DNA of 63,989 nucleotides, filler included. It is 7 parts of 7 records of this genome, joined end to end, with 100 filler letters (N's around TTAATTAATTAA, not from the genome) between each part and the next. Parts side by side here need not be neighbours in the genome. Positions count along the whole stretch, not along the records: positions 1 to 6,975 come from SRR31147125_10805; positions 7,076 to 14,196 come from SRR31147125_10815; 5 more parts are not named here. The stretch is one strand, 5' to 3'. The notes beneath the pieces are model-generated. The model saw only the letters and a list, made by a program, of their open reading frames with translations. It was not told the origin of the DNA and ran no database searches. Below are positions 1 through 11,352 of the stretch, piece by piece; the stretch's first letter is position 1; each line of letters starts with the position of its first letter. The position numbers were made by a program, and so were the translations under genes.

Positions 1-180
1 GCGCTTTTACCGCACCTTTTCACCCGTTCCCCGACGATTGACTCGCAATGTCAGGGTGGTTATTTTCTGCTACGTTGCTGTCCCCTTTCAAAGACCTTCC
101 TGTTAAGAAACACGATATCCTGCGTTGCCCGGACTTTCCTTACTGACTGTAAACGTCAGCACGATAAAGCGGCTTGCCGG
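1..180 (-). ncRNA. rnpB: RNase P RNA (class A), 5' portion, truncated by window edge
   Basis: The reverse complement contains the hallmark AGGAAAGTCCGGG (plus strand cccggactttcct, ~128-140) and the downstream GTAGCAGAAAA and GGGTGAAAAGGTGCGGTAAAAGCGC segments typical of bacterial RNase P RNA. Confidence 0.9.
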
Positions 181-182
181 CG

Positions 183-190
183 CAAAAGTA
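183..190 (-). promoter_or_regulatory. Bacteroidota -7 promoter element (TAnnTTTG) for rnpB
   Basis: The minus strand reads TACTTTTG immediately upstream of the rnpB 5' end. Confidence 0.6.
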
Positions 191-208
191 CACATTAAAA
201 CTCAGAGT

Positions 209-781
209 TTAAAGCTCGAAGCATATTTCCCAAACATTGAGCTTTTCTTGCCCAAATATCTTTTTTGATTTTAACATCCGTACATTCATAAATTCCTTCG
301 AAGAATTTAACACATACGAAAGTTGTCCGGTATAATCCATCTCTGAAAACTTAAGCGGCTCTACTATTTTTATGGATTCAACATTAAACAAAACAGCTTC
401 GCTCTGAGGCAATACCGCCACCACATTCGCAGTATCCTCTTTTATTTCGAGTTCTTGCAAAAATGCTTGAAAATCATCTTCAGAAACAAAAGAATTCACC
501 AGCATTTCGCGAGCCTGCCGACGAAATTGGTTACTTAAAGTTGAGTCGGTATATATAACTAAGTATTCAAAAAGTTCGTTCATCATTTGCAAGGCTCTTT
601 CTTCAAAAGCTTCTAACTCTACCTGCTCCAGTTCGTCTTTTACAAACTCATTCTCAACTTCTTCAAATACCGTTAACTGCTTTTCTACCAAAGAAGGAGT
701 GCGTGATCTATTCGAACAATCTTCTGCTGTAAGTAAAAACAGTAGCATTAAAAGTGATAATATTTTTCCAATCGTTTTCAA
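209..781 (-). CDS. Uncharacterised exported protein, probable lipoprotein
   Basis: 190 aa ORF with an N-terminal hydrophobic signal ending LTAEDC. It overlaps the upstream gene stop by 4 bp (translational coupling). Confidence 0.7.
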   Translation of the reverse strand: MKTIGKILSLLMLLFLLTAEDCSNRSRTPSLVEKQLTVFEEVENEFVKDELEQVELEAFEERALQMMNELFEYLVIYTDSTLSNQFRRQAREMLVNSFVSEDDFQAFLQELEIKEDTANVVAVLPQSEAVLFNVESIKIVEPLKFSEMDYTGQLSYVLNSSKEFMNVRMLKSKKIFGQEKLNVWEICFEL

Positions 782-1704
782 TCTATGTTATTGTTTTGTT
801 TAAACCGCAAATGGCTTATGCATTCACCATTATATTTCGTATCCAAAATTTCAATATTGCGTAATCCACGGGTTGGCAGCGTAAGCTTATTTATAAATTC
901 CCACTTATTATAAATCTCCATTCCAACTGTTCCGTCGTAAATATGGAAAATCTTAGCATTATCAGAAAAAATCCGGTTCAAATCTTCACGCCTTTTTAAC
1001 CAGTCTTCTACATTGCTGTTCGAAAAGTAATGAATCATTATGGCGTAATCGTCAATCCGAAGTTTTATATCCTCCGAACGATTAAACGTGTTTAATCTTC
1101 GCACAATAGTATCTTTTCGATAGTATGGAGTTTCAACAATAAATTTCACTTTTCTTTTGTTCGTTTTCATTGAAAAACAGCCATTTCCATTGCACAAATA
1201 ATTACGATGCGACTCCTTTTGCTCGTGCAAAGTAATCTCAATTATTCCGTTTGTAACGGGTTGTTTGGTTATGCTGTCGTAAAAGCAAAAGTTATATTCC
1301 TGCAGATAAAAAGATTTGTAAATGAAGTAAGAAATAGTAAACAAAAGCACAACAAAAATTGGAACGAGGTAAAACGACCAGCCATTTTTCGGTTTTTGAG
1401 TATTCGGGTATTTTGTAGAACAAGAATGTTTGAAGTCTTCCCAGTTACGGCAACCAACATATTCCGAAAGAAAATTTAAAACATCAATTCGTGGAAGTTT
1501 TGCACTCTCCGATTTCATATGCGTATAAAACCATTTCTCGCTTAAGTGTTGTTTAAGCCTAAATTCAAGGTCGCTCTGAAAATCGATTATATTTTGTCCT
1601 TTCCATTCAGCAATTGAGTAAGGAATGCCGGGATAAGTTTCCTGCATTGTTGCAACAATCTTTTCTTTTAAACATTCTAAATATTTCTTATCAGAATTTG
1701 TCAC
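778..1704 (-). CDS. Uncharacterised bitopic membrane protein with N-terminal helical (putative DNA-binding) domain
   Basis: 308 aa: ~95 aa soluble N-terminal domain (EKWFYTH...RIDVLNFLSEYVG..NWEDF), one TM helix (FYLVPIFVVLLFTISYFIY) and a C-terminal extracytoplasmic domain. Confidence 0.75.
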   Translation of the reverse strand: MTNSDKKYLECLKEKIVATMQETYPGIPYSIAEWKGQNIIDFQSDLEFRLKQHLSEKWFYTHMKSESAKLPRIDVLNFLSEYVGCRNWEDFKHSCSTKYPNTQKPKNGWSFYLVPIFVVLLFTISYFIYKSFYLQEYNFCFYDSITKQPVTNGIIEITLHEQKESHRNYLCNGNGCFSMKTNKRKVKFIVETPYYRKDTIVRRLNTFNRSEDIKLRIDDYAIMIHYFSNSNVEDWLKRREDLNRIFSDNAKIFHIYDGTVGMEIYNKWEFINKLTLPTRGLRNIEILDTKYNGECISHLRFKQNNNID

Positions 1705-1742
1705 CGGCTACTTTTCAGTGCTAAGAATAAGGCGATTCAACT

Positions 1743-1780
1743 GTTTTACAATTGTTATACAATGGTTTTACAAACTTTAC
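1743..1780. repeat. 11-bp-period tandem direct repeat, candidate operator
   Basis: GTTTTACAATT / GTTATACAATG / GTTTTACAAAC / TTTAC in the divergent intergenic region. Confidence 0.6.
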
Positions 1781-1829
1781 TGTCTCTTCTCCCCGTAACT
1801 TGAATCTATAATTCTTAAAAATTAGTATT

Positions 1830-2980
1830 ATGAAAAAACCAACATTAACTATTAACGGAATTCATGAGCGGGCTGTTACAAAAAAAGCACCTAAAATGAA
1901 TTGGGTTAAAACAATGCATACCGTTAAAACCATCTTTGTACTATTACTTTCTTTTGGATTATTAACTTGTTTTAGTGCCAACGATAAAAAAGATAAACAA
2001 GTTTTAGAAGCATTTCAACTTCGGTTAAATGGGAAAGTTGACGAAGCCAAGGCACAACTAAAAACAATTTTAGAGAAAGAACCAACCAATGCAATGGCAC
2101 ATTTCGAACTGGCTCGTACTTTAAATTATATCGATTTAAGAGGCAGCGAAGAAGCTGACAAAGCCTTGGTAAAAGCACTTGAACATGATCCGAACAACAT
2201 TGCCTATGCTTATTACAATGCGCGCAACAGTTTTTTAAAAGCATACATTGCTTTACAAACGGGTGGCGACAATGCAAAAAATCTAATAACCAATGCCTGT
2301 AACGAATATTTAAAAGTGCTGGAATTAAAAGCCGATTATCCTATTCCACTAATGTACCTTATTGAAATTTATGGAATGCTACCCGATGAGTTGGGAGGCG
2401 ACAAAACCAAAGCCGAAGAATATGCAAAACAGCTTGAAAAGATGAATAAATTTTACGGGGCCAAAGCACGCCTTGTTATGATGCCAGAAGGAACTGATAT
2501 GATTAAATACTGGCAAGATTATATTGTAACAAACGGTGAAGATTGCAAAGCCTTAAAAGAATTAGGCGTTGCTTATATTTTTACTGACAATATTGAAGGA
2601 GCAAAAGAACAATTCGAAAAGGCTATAAAACTGGACAAATCACAAAACATCCGCCTGCTCGATTTGGCTCGATTCCACCAGATGAAAGTGATGCAAAACC
2701 GCGATGCTGCCAAAGAAGAGTTACCAAAAGCGAAAGTTTACATTGAACAGTATCTGGAATCAACTCCGATGCCCATAGTTCCTATGAAAGCTTATGCAAT
2801 TGGCATGTTGGCAAAAACAGAGATGTTTCAGGGTAACTATAAGCAGGCAAAAAATTAATGGAAGAAGCAAAAGCTGTTGATCCCTATTTCTCAAGAGCAT
2901 TTGGAATTCCATCGCCCTCTATTTTTGAAGAACCGGGTAAAATCAATCATCATTTTATATCATTTTTTAGTCCATATTAG
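1830..2980 (+). CDS. Tetratricopeptide-repeat protein (frameshift near 2850)
   Basis: Helical TPR-like repeats (AHFELARTL, ALKELGVAY...AKEQFEKAIKLD). The frame continues LMEEAKAVDPYFSRAFG... after an A-run, ending at TAG 2980. Confidence 0.7.
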
Positions 2981-3055
2981 ACCAACCGTTTTAGAGCAAG
3001 CAACAAACAGGTAACAGTTACTCAGATATCTCGTAAATATTGAAAATATCAGACT

Positions 3056-5409
3056 ATGCCCATTAACAAATCAGAAAAAAATGAACTCCTCGAAAAATTA
3101 AACGAGCTGCTTAAAAAGCAATCGCTATTTCAACAAGAGATAAATGAATTGCAACTACAAATAACCCAGTTAAAACCAGAGGAAACAACACTAGCTCCTA
3201 AACCAGAAGTTGAAGAAACAAGCAATAAGCAAATTACGACCTCTGAAACAACTCAATCCCCTCCTTTAAAAAACACATTGTTAAAGAACCTTTTGTTCGA
3301 CAGAAAACTGATTGGCAAACAAACTTTTTAAAGAATACCGAAATTGGTTCGGAACTAGAACATTTTATAGGCACCAACCTCATTAATAAAATAGGAATGA
3401 TTGTGGTGATAATTGGAGTTGGAATTGGTGCCAAATACGCCATCGACAACAACCTTATTTCGCCGGCAATGCGAATTGTTCTGGGGTATTTAATTGGCGG
3501 CATTTTAACGTTTTTTGCTCTTCGGTTGAAAAAGAATTATTTCAATTTCAGTGCAGTACTTTTTAGCGGAGCAATGGCAATTCATTATTTTATTACATAC
3601 GCGGCTTATACCTATTACAGCCTTTATCCGCATTCGGTAACGTTTATTTTAATGGTTCTGTTTACTGTACTCACGGTAGCGCTGGCTCTGTATTACAACC
3701 GACAGGTTATTGCACATTTCGGACTGGCCGGCGCCTACATTGTACCATTCCTTCTTGGCGATCCCGACTCAAGTGTACTGGTATTATTTATTTACATGGT
3801 GCTGGTTAATTCGGGCATTCTTTTCATTTCAACTAAAAAGAAATGGAAACCTCTAAATTATGTAGCTTTTATTGCAACATGGGTAATTTTTATTAGCTGG
3901 TTTGCATCGAAAAACTACAACAATCAGGTGAATATTTCACTCACTTTTGCAAGCCTGTTCTTTGTTATTTTCTACCTCGTTTTCTTATCTTATAAACTCA
4001 TTTTAAAAGAAAAATTCAGGCTCGATGATATTTTATTTCTCTTACTAAACTCAATTGTATTCTACACTATCGGGCTCGAATCTATTTCAGGATATTTAAA
4101 CGATACAAGATTAGAAGGCCTGTTTTCTTTTATAAATGTTATCATCCACAGCGCAACGGCTTACCTTATTTACAAATCGGAGAAGGAACACAAAAGTCTG
4201 TTTTTCTGGACCATTGGGTTAATTTTTGCGTTTACAACCATTACAATAGGTGTTCAATTCAATGAATTTCTAACTGTTATTTTTTGGTCGGCCGAAGTAG
4301 CCGTTCTTTTCTGGCTGGGACGGAGTAAAAAAATTATTCTGTTCGACTATTTCTCCATGGCCTTAATTTGCATAATATTTGCAAATACTGTTTTTAACTG
4401 GTTCAATTCAACCTACAATTTCAACTCAGATATTATCCGAGAAATGTACACTCCATTTCTGAGTCTCACGTTTCTTTCGTCGCTAACTGCAATTTGCTCG
4501 TTTTCTTTTATGCTTTATATCCACAAAAAAACAGTCTCAGAAATCACAAAAAACCGTAGTTGGTTAGAAATTTTCAACGTTTGTTTCCCTGCTATTTTTC
4601 TAATTGTGCTGTTTTTCACTTTCTATTCCGAAATTGACCTTTATTGGAATAATCTTCAAATTTTCACGTCATTCGAAACAAACAACGAAGGTAACTGGGC
4701 AAAAGCTTACAAGGATTTGAATAACGATATTTTCATGTTCAAATCTATCTGGCTTACCATTTATTCATTACTATTTGTATCGGTATTAAGTTTTGCAAAT
4801 TTCCGTTGGATTAAAAACGAACTTTTTAATGCCTTTATTTTTGTATTCGGGGGAATACTAATTCTCATTTTTCTTGGTTCAACACTAAGCAACCTTGGTA
4901 TACTTCGCAACAGTTATTTAAGCACCAATCTTGCCGACAATTACGACGTAAGTATTTTTCATCTGCTAATTCGCTACGTGGCCTGCATGTTTCTGGCCTT
5001 GCTGTTTTATTCGCTTCACCGTTTCTCTGTTTCGTTATTTTCTGCTACACCACTAAAAAACGCATTCGAAATAATATTAAGTGTAAGCATTATTTGGATT
5101 TGCAGCAGCGAATTAATCCACTGGTTAAGTTTATCGGGATCAACCGAAGTTTACAAACACAGTCTAAGTATTTTATGGGGAATATTATCGTTTATTCTTA
5201 TTGGCTACGGCATTTGGAAGGAGAAAAAACACTTGCGAATCACCTCAATTGTATTGTTTGGCGGCACAATTATAAAACTGTTTTTCTACGATTTAACCCA
5301 TCTGGAAACCGTACCGAAAACCATCGTATTTATTTCGATTGGTGCACTATTGCTTGTTGTTTCGTTTATGTACAACAAGTATAAAAATTTGATTTTTGGG
5401 AGTGATTAA
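3056..5409 (+). CDS. DUF2339-type polytopic membrane protein (split by frameshift)
   Basis: The N-terminal coiled-coil ORF 3056-3331 joins the 670 aa multi-TM ORF via the typical ELEHFIGTNLINKIG motif. The C-terminus reads IKLFFYDL..LET..KTIVFISIGALLL. Confidence 0.8.
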
Positions 5410-5505
5410 GTTAAAAAAACAGACATTACTCAATCACTATTGAACCTAAAGTTAACGACATATTTTACAGCAGATTGAAATCTGCTCCCCCACACTTTAA
5501 ACTTT

Positions 5506-5527
5506 CACCCTGAGCGAAGTAGAAGCG
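5506..5527. repeat. REP-like intergenic repeat fragment
   Basis: CACCCTGAGCGAAGTAGAAGCG between convergent genes resembles the common GTCACCCTGAGC.AAGTCGAAGG palindromic repeat family. Confidence 0.4.
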
Positions 5528-5532
5528 CTGAA

Positions 5533-6569
5533 CTACTTCCTCAAAATCACCATTGTCGCCCCATATCCATATTCTTTAAAAGAAGCATCCTGTAAATAAT
5601 ATTTTTGAATTTGCGCCTTAGCAGGTTTGCCACTTCTTGTTTTAAAACGCCCTGCCCCACTCCATGAATAAATACAATTCGTTTTATATGATTTTTTATC
5701 GCCAGGTTCATTTCCGATTCTACGGCTTCCATCTGGATTTCCAGCATTTCGCGATTACTTAATCCTTCAGAATTGTCAAGTAATTCAGTAATATGAAGGT
5801 CGATAACAACTTCTTCGGTAGTTCGTTTTTTTCCAATTTGCTTTGGTTTATCCTGAACTTCTTTTGACTTAACAACCTTTTTAAAATCGTCTTGGGTTAG
5901 TTTGTCCAGCTCTGTTTGCAGAGGATTGGGTGTAACTTGCAAAACCAATGCATTATTTTTGAAATAAGACGTTGGCTGAAAAGTAGATTCCTTGTAGAAC
6001 TTTACCGGATTCACTCTGAACTTTTTCACCACCGGCTGATTCCACTCGCTTTCTGTTTCGCGGAAATAAATGATTTGAAAACCAAAGTCGGGCAGATCAC
6101 TTAATTCTTCCTGTACGAGCAAATCGATTTTTTCGCGCGAGTTAGAACGAATTGTTCCCTGTGTTATGGCCTCAACTTTGTTGGTTTTTATGTACGAATA
6201 ATTAAACATTACCGTAAAATTACTGTCGTTAACCAAATACAATTCTATTTCTTTTGCCAGCGGATTTTTCGGGTCTGCCGGAACAAAACAAAAGTAGAAG
6301 TCCGGCGTATTCTTGCCATTAATAATTTCGCCTTGAGGCTCAATAAATTCTGGTTCAGGTACAAATTCAGGTTCTGCAGTTTTTTGCACCGGGGCATTTA
6401 CTGTTACATTCAACTCGGGCGCACTAACGTTAACCAACTGTGCAATAGGATAAGGCACCTCAAAACCATCTTCCCCTTCTACGTTCACGGTATTCTTATT
6501 CACAAAGCCCGTTACAACTCCACCACCAACATCGTTCAGAAATTTTACCTTATCGCCTACTTTTATCAT
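5533..6569 (-). CDS. DUF2027/Smr (MutS2-like) domain protein
   Basis: Starts MIKVGDKVKFLNDVGGG. The Smr motifs VIDLHI and IVFIHGVGQGVLK are present. The C-terminal QDASFKEYGYGATMV is reached after a homopolymer frameshift. Confidence 0.85.
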
Positions 6570-6638
6570 GACTTCTAATTTTTTGCAAAAGTAATCTTTT
6601 ATTCTTCCTTTTAGAATTCTTGATGAATCCTTTGCGAA

Positions 6639-6687
6639 TTTGTGTCTTCGTGGCCGAGAAAGTGACACAAAGACACGAAGCCACAAA
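6639..6687. repeat. Palindromic intergenic repeat (REP-like hairpin)
   Basis: TTTGTGTCTTCGTGGC is followed by inverted GACACAAAGACACGAAGCCACAAA. Confidence 0.45.
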
Positions 6688-6714
6688 AGTTCTCTAAACA
6701 CAGCTAAATTTTGC

Positions 6715-6722
6715 TACTTTTG
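6715..6722 (+). promoter_or_regulatory. Bacteroidota -7 promoter element
   Basis: TACTTTTG upstream of queA. A second copy lies on the minus strand at ~6586-6593, upstream of the Smr gene. Confidence 0.55.
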
Positions 6723-6743
6723 CAGCCACAAAAACAGATTATT

Positions 6744-6975
6744 TTGAGTTCACACAAAGACATAAAAATCAGCGACTTTACTTACGATTTGCCCGATGAA
6801 CGGATTGCAAAGTACCCATTGGGGACGCGCGACAAATCGAAGTTGCTGACCTGGAATGATGGAAAAATTGGCGAAGACACTTTTGAAAACTGCGTTAATT
6901 ACCTGCCCGAAAATGCTCAGCTGGTATTTAATAATACCCGCGTAATTCATGCCCGGTTGTTTTTCAGAAAAGAAA
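6744..6975 (+). CDS. queA: S-adenosylmethionine:tRNA ribosyltransferase-isomerase (partial)
   Basis: ISDFTYDLPDERIAKYPL...RDKSKLL...LVFNNTRVIHARL, truncated at the contig end. Confidence 0.9.
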
Positions 6976-7075
6976 NNNNNNNNNNNNNNNNNNNNNNNNN
7001 NNNNNNNNNNNNNNNNNNNTTAATTAATTAANNNNNNNNNNNNNNNNNNNNNNNNNNNNNNNNNNNNNNNNNNNN
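6976..7075. other. Artificial contig linker
   Basis: N-run, TTAATTAATTAA (stops in all six frames), N-run. Confidence 0.97.
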
Positions 7076-7732
7076 AGCCGCCAATTCCTTGCCGGTACCG
7101 TCTTCGCCTGACAGCATGACGGTACAATCCAAAGGGGCCAGGCGCCCGATGCTTTTGCGCAAATCCTGCATGGCTGGCGTCTCGCCGATAATTTTCAGTT
7201 GATTTAAATGTTCGGGACGCGCAGTGACTTTGGCGGCGCTTGATTGCCCAGAATCGACATCCTTGAAGTGGCGCGGTGAATGGATTTCGATGGCATTGGC
7301 CGCCGCAGTGGCCGATGGATTTCCATCACTGTCTGTTGATTGGGCCGGGCGGATGACCACAACGTTGCCATCGGTATTCAGCTTTTTAATGAAACTCCAG
7401 AAATCCCCCATTTCATCTTTTTCAAAATAAAGGGTGTTGAGCGACTCGGTGGCCTGTTTGATTTTATCATTCCCATGGCCGGTGAGCAGCATGGTTTTCA
7501 ACCCGGGTTTGATTTCCTTGAGTTTGGTAATCGTCACCAGCCCATTCATGTCGGGCATCTGAAGATCGACAATGGCCATATCGATCGCATTTTGCGAGGC
7601 TATATCAATGGCCGCCATTCCACTGGTTGCCGTGACTGGTTCGAAACCGAGCACTTTCATGCGCCGGGCGATCGATTGGAGCAGTTTTTCTTCATCATCC
7701 ACCAGGAGGATGCGTTTAATCTGTTTGGTCAT
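7076..7732 (-). CDS. Sigma-54-dependent response regulator (REC + AAA+, partial)
   Basis: REC domain (ILLVDDE, DLQMP, LLTGHG), then IIGETPAM and Walker A GEDGTGKE. Truncated. Confidence 0.85.
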
Positions 7733-8012
7733 GGTCTCTCTCTTCCCGTCAGAGGGCAACGGTATGGCTTCCGTGAAACATGTAGGAATTATTTTGACCA
7801 AGAATCCAGTCACGGGCCTGTGGCCAATATCGGGCCGTCTTCGTTGGTACTTTGTTTATAACTACACTGTTTTAAAGGAAATTAATATAGATAAAAAGCA
7901 ATTGTTTCATTTTTAAAAATATAAACACAAAATGTTTACAAATAAAACTATTTCGTCTATACGTTTCATATAGAGTATGTAAACAGGCCAGTCAATAAAA
8001 AAAGGTTGCAAA

Positions 8013-8384
8013 ATGAAACATGATAAGATACTGATAATCGATGATGAACAACGCTATGCAGACATGCTGGCCAGGCGATTGACCCTGCGCGGCCTCGATT
8101 GCGATGTCTGCTACGATGGTCAATCTGCCATCGACCTGCATGCCGATAAAGCGTTTGCCTTGATTATTTTGGATCTGAGATTACCTGATCTGTACGGTAC
8201 GGAGGTCTTGACACGGATCAAACAATGCCGATCGGAGAGCCCTGTCATTATCTTAACCGGCCACGGAACAGATCACGATCGGGAAGTATGCATGCAAATC
8301 GGCGCCCAGGCATTCATCAACAAACCCGTAGACATCGATCGCTTGATGGCCATCATCGCCCAACTCAAAGAGAACTCGGCATGA
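8013..8384 (+). CDS. Single-domain response regulator
   Basis: ILIIDDE, DLRLP, ILTGHG and KP receiver motifs. Confidence 0.9.
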   Translation: MKHDKILIIDDEQRYADMLARRLTLRGLDCDVCYDGQSAIDLHADKAFALIILDLRLPDLYGTEVLTRIKQCRSESPVIILTGHGTDHDREVCMQIGAQAFINKPVDIDRLMAIIAQLKENSA

Positions 8385-10141
8385 CGACTTCGTTAAGCAA
8401 ATTTCTGGGCGCCATGTGGCCCCAGTTCCATGAAAGCCAGGATGATCATTTAAGCATCTACCACACCTTTCAGAATTACCGGCAGATCTGGGTGATGGTG
8501 ATTATTACCCTGATCGTCACCGCGCTGCTGCCGCTGGTAGTCATGACCCTCATCTACTACCAGCTGATTGAACACTCCATTGACACCGAATCCCTTTTGC
8601 GCGCCGAGCGGGTGGCTTCCAACGCGCGCCGGGCCGTGACCTATTTTATGGAGGAACGGTTGGCTGCATTGACTTTTACAGTCAACGAAATGGGGTACGG
8701 GCGCTTGACCGATCCAGAGCATCTTAAGGACGTGCTGCAAAATCTGAAGTTGGGCTTTGGCGGGCTGACCGATTTGAGCGTGATTGCCGATACGGGCACT
8801 CAGGTGACCTACGCCGGTCCCTTTAATCTTGAAGGCAAGGATTACAGCAATCAGCCCTGGTTCTGGGACTGTGTTGAGCACGGCGCTTGCGTTAGTGAGA
8901 TTTTCTCCGGCCATCGCGATGTCCCGCACATAGTCGTGGCCGTCAAGTCCATGCGTTCCGACGGTCATTTATTTGTCCTGCGGGCAACGCTCGAAACCGA
9001 ACGTCTGATTCAGACCCTCGAGTCATATAAAACCGGGGAACATGCGGATATTTTTTTAGTCAACCACGACGGGGTGCTGCAGACGCCTTCAAATTTTTAT
9101 CAAGGCTCAGCCAATCATATGACCATCACGGTGCCGGAATTCGATCTGCGAACCCAAAGCCACGTTTCCACCGATTTGCATGGCCAGCAAATCGTGGTCG
9201 GCTATGCCTATATCACCACAAAGATCGTTCCTACGTCGTTCATTTTGATGGTCGTCAAACACAAAGAGAGCATGATGAAGGTCTGGCTGGATCTTCGCCG
9301 GCAGATTAACTGGTTTCTGTTTGCCAGCGGATTGGTGCTTACCGTGGTGATTACACTGACTTCATCGTTCATGGTCAATAAGATTTTCCATGCCGACCGG
9401 GAAAAAGCCAAAACCATGGTCATGGCCGAGCAGAACTGTCAATTGGCGTCCATTGGGCAGTTGGCAGCCGGGGTGGCTCACGAAATCAATAATCCCCTGG
9501 CCTTGATCAACGAAACCGCCGGTTACGTCAAGGATCTGTTCAGCATCAAAGACGAGTACAAGGATGATCCGGAACTGGTGGAGCATATCGACTCAATTAT
9601 CGAAGCCGTTGAACGCTGCGGGACCATCACGCGTCAGCTGTTGGGATTTGCCCGCCGTTTTGATGTTCAAACGCAGACCATCAGTCTGCAAAACATGGTC
9701 TCCGATGTAATCAATTTTCACAAAAAAGAGGCTGAATACCGCGATATTTCCATTCATGTCGACATTCCAGATACTATTCCGCTGATCGAAACCGATCGCG
9801 GAAAACTCCAGCAGATCATTCTTAATCTGGTGAACAACGCCTTTCAGGCCATTGACAACGGATGTTTTCTGGACATTCGGGCCCGGATGGATGGCGACAA
9901 CCGTGTGCGGCTATTCATCGAAGACAATGGCTGTGGCATTTCCGAAACGCATTTAAACAAGATCTTTGAACCGTTTTTCACCACGAAAAAGGAGGGGCTG
10001 GGCACTGGGCTGGGCCTGTCCATCACCTACGGCTTGGTCCAAAAGCTTCACGGAGAGATCACGGTTGATAGTGAAACCGGTCAAGGGACGACATTCGTGA
10101 TCACCTTGCCCATCAACGCTGAAAAGGAAATCCAGGCATGA
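8381..10141 (+). CDS. Sensor histidine kinase (Cache-type periplasmic domain, NtrB-like)
   Basis: Two TM helices, H-box AHEINNPL, N-box NLVNNA, DNGCGI, FEPFFTTK and GTGLGL. The start ATG at 8381 overlaps the upstream stop. Confidence 0.92.
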   Translation: MTTSLSKFLGAMWPQFHESQDDHLSIYHTFQNYRQIWVMVIITLIVTALLPLVVMTLIYYQLIEHSIDTESLLRAERVASNARRAVTYFMEERLAALTFTVNEMGYGRLTDPEHLKDVLQNLKLGFGGLTDLSVIADTGTQVTYAGPFNLEGKDYSNQPWFWDCVEHGACVSEIFSGHRDVPHIVVAVKSMRSDGHLFVLRATLETERLIQTLESYKTGEHADIFLVNHDGVLQTPSNFYQGSANHMTITVPEFDLRTQSHVSTDLHGQQIVVGYAYITTKIVPTSFILMVVKHKESMMKVWLDLRRQINWFLFASGLVLTVVITLTSSFMVNKIFHADREKAKTMVMAEQNCQLASIGQLAAGVAHEINNPLALINETAGYVKDLFSIKDEYKDDPELVEHIDSIIEAVERCGTITRQLLGFARRFDVQTQTISLQNMVSDVINFHKKEAEYRDISIHVDIPDTIPLIETDRGKLQQIILNLVNNAFQAIDNGCFLDIRARMDGDNRVRLFIEDNGCGISETHLNKIFEPFFTTKKEGLGTGLGLSITYGLVQKLHGEITVDSETGQGTTFVITLPINAEKEIQA

Positions 10142-10496
10142 AGGTCTTACTGGTCGATGATGAACAAAAATTCGTCCTGATGTTAGCCAAGCGGCTCGAG
10201 CTGCGGGGCATGAACGCGCAGGTCTTCTTCTCAGGCGAGAGTGCCCTGAACGCAGTCGAGGCGGGAGACCGCTTCGATGTGGCCGTCTTGGATGTAAAAA
10301 TGCCCGGGATCGGGGGGTTGAACTTAAGCGCCGGTTGAGTGCGCTCGAACCCGGCATGAAGTTTGTTTTTCTGACGGGGCATGGATCCGGTACGGATTAT
10401 GAAACGGGCAGCATAGAAGCGGGGGATTGCCTGCCTAAACCACTGAGAATCGAGCAGTTGATTGAAACGTTGAATCGCCTGGCTCCGGACGCCTAA
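10138..10496 (+). CDS. Single-domain response regulator (frameshift ~10325)
   Basis: VLLVDDE and DVKMPG, continuing in another frame as MKFVFLTGHG...LPKPL to TAA 10496. Confidence 0.8.
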
Positions 10497-10582
10497 TGGG
10501 AACCCGCCTTGAACGTCATCAACCTGGTGGATGCCCGTTAAGGATATCGATGAGAACAATGCATAGATGCTGAGGAAAACAG

Positions 10583-11260
10583 ATGAATGAAACCAACGAT
10601 CGATTTGGATATGACGACCTGGCATTTTTCGGACGGGTCAATGCCTCCATTTCCCATGAACTGAAAAACGTAATGGCCATTATTTCCGAGACTGCCGGGC
10701 TGCTCAGTGACCTTTCCGATATGGCGTCCTCGGGGGCACCGGTTGCGCCGGACATGCTCAAAGACTGCACCAAGAGTATCGCGGAGGAAATACAGCGGGG
10801 GTTTTCAGTCATTCGTCAGATGAACCGCTTTTCTCATAGTATCGACAACCCCGTGGAACCGGTCGACCTCATGGACGCACTGGACCTGGCGATCAATCTT
10901 TCCGGTTATCTCAGTTTTGCGGGCACAGCCGACGTTCGCCCGTGGGATGGGCCACCAGCGGTGGTGCAAAGCTGTCCCTTCCTGCTGCAGGCCATCGTTT
11001 ATCAGACGCTGGCATACACCTTTAAAAATATCGGTGGCGGCGCAGATGTCACGATTTCTGTCTCATGCGGCAGTGAGGATGAGCAGTGGCGGATTACTTT
11101 TTCGGGATTCAGTATCAATGGGTTTCAATCGTTCCCCGATACCTCGATGAAGAGCATGGCGGCATCGATTGGGGTGGATATCCGGCGTGACCCGACGGTT
11201 GACTGGCTGGAACTCGTTGTACCCCCGACAATCGATCATGGATCACTGCCCGATGCCTGA
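10583..11260 (+). CDS. Cytoplasmic histidine-kinase-like protein (HisKA with degenerate ATPase domain)
   Basis: H-box ASISHELKNVMAII is present, but there are no recognisable N, G1 or G2 boxes. Confidence 0.7.
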   Translation: MNETNDRFGYDDLAFFGRVNASISHELKNVMAIISETAGLLSDLSDMASSGAPVAPDMLKDCTKSIAEEIQRGFSVIRQMNRFSHSIDNPVEPVDLMDALDLAINLSGYLSFAGTADVRPWDGPPAVVQSCPFLLQAIVYQTLAYTFKNIGGGADVTISVSCGSEDEQWRITFSGFSINGFQSFPDTSMKSMAASIGVDIRRDPTVDWLELVVPPTIDHGSLPDA

Positions 11261-11352
11261 TGGCCGGGCCGGGCACAGACCCAGCGTTATTCTGGTATTC
11301 GCGGTTTAGCGATTTTCAAATGATGATTAACCCACGGGTTGTGGAGGGGATC

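Noticed and set aside
7020-7031. Recurrent TTAATTAATTAA as a biological repeat
   Set aside because: It is always embedded in N-runs and is a synthetic six-frame stop linker.
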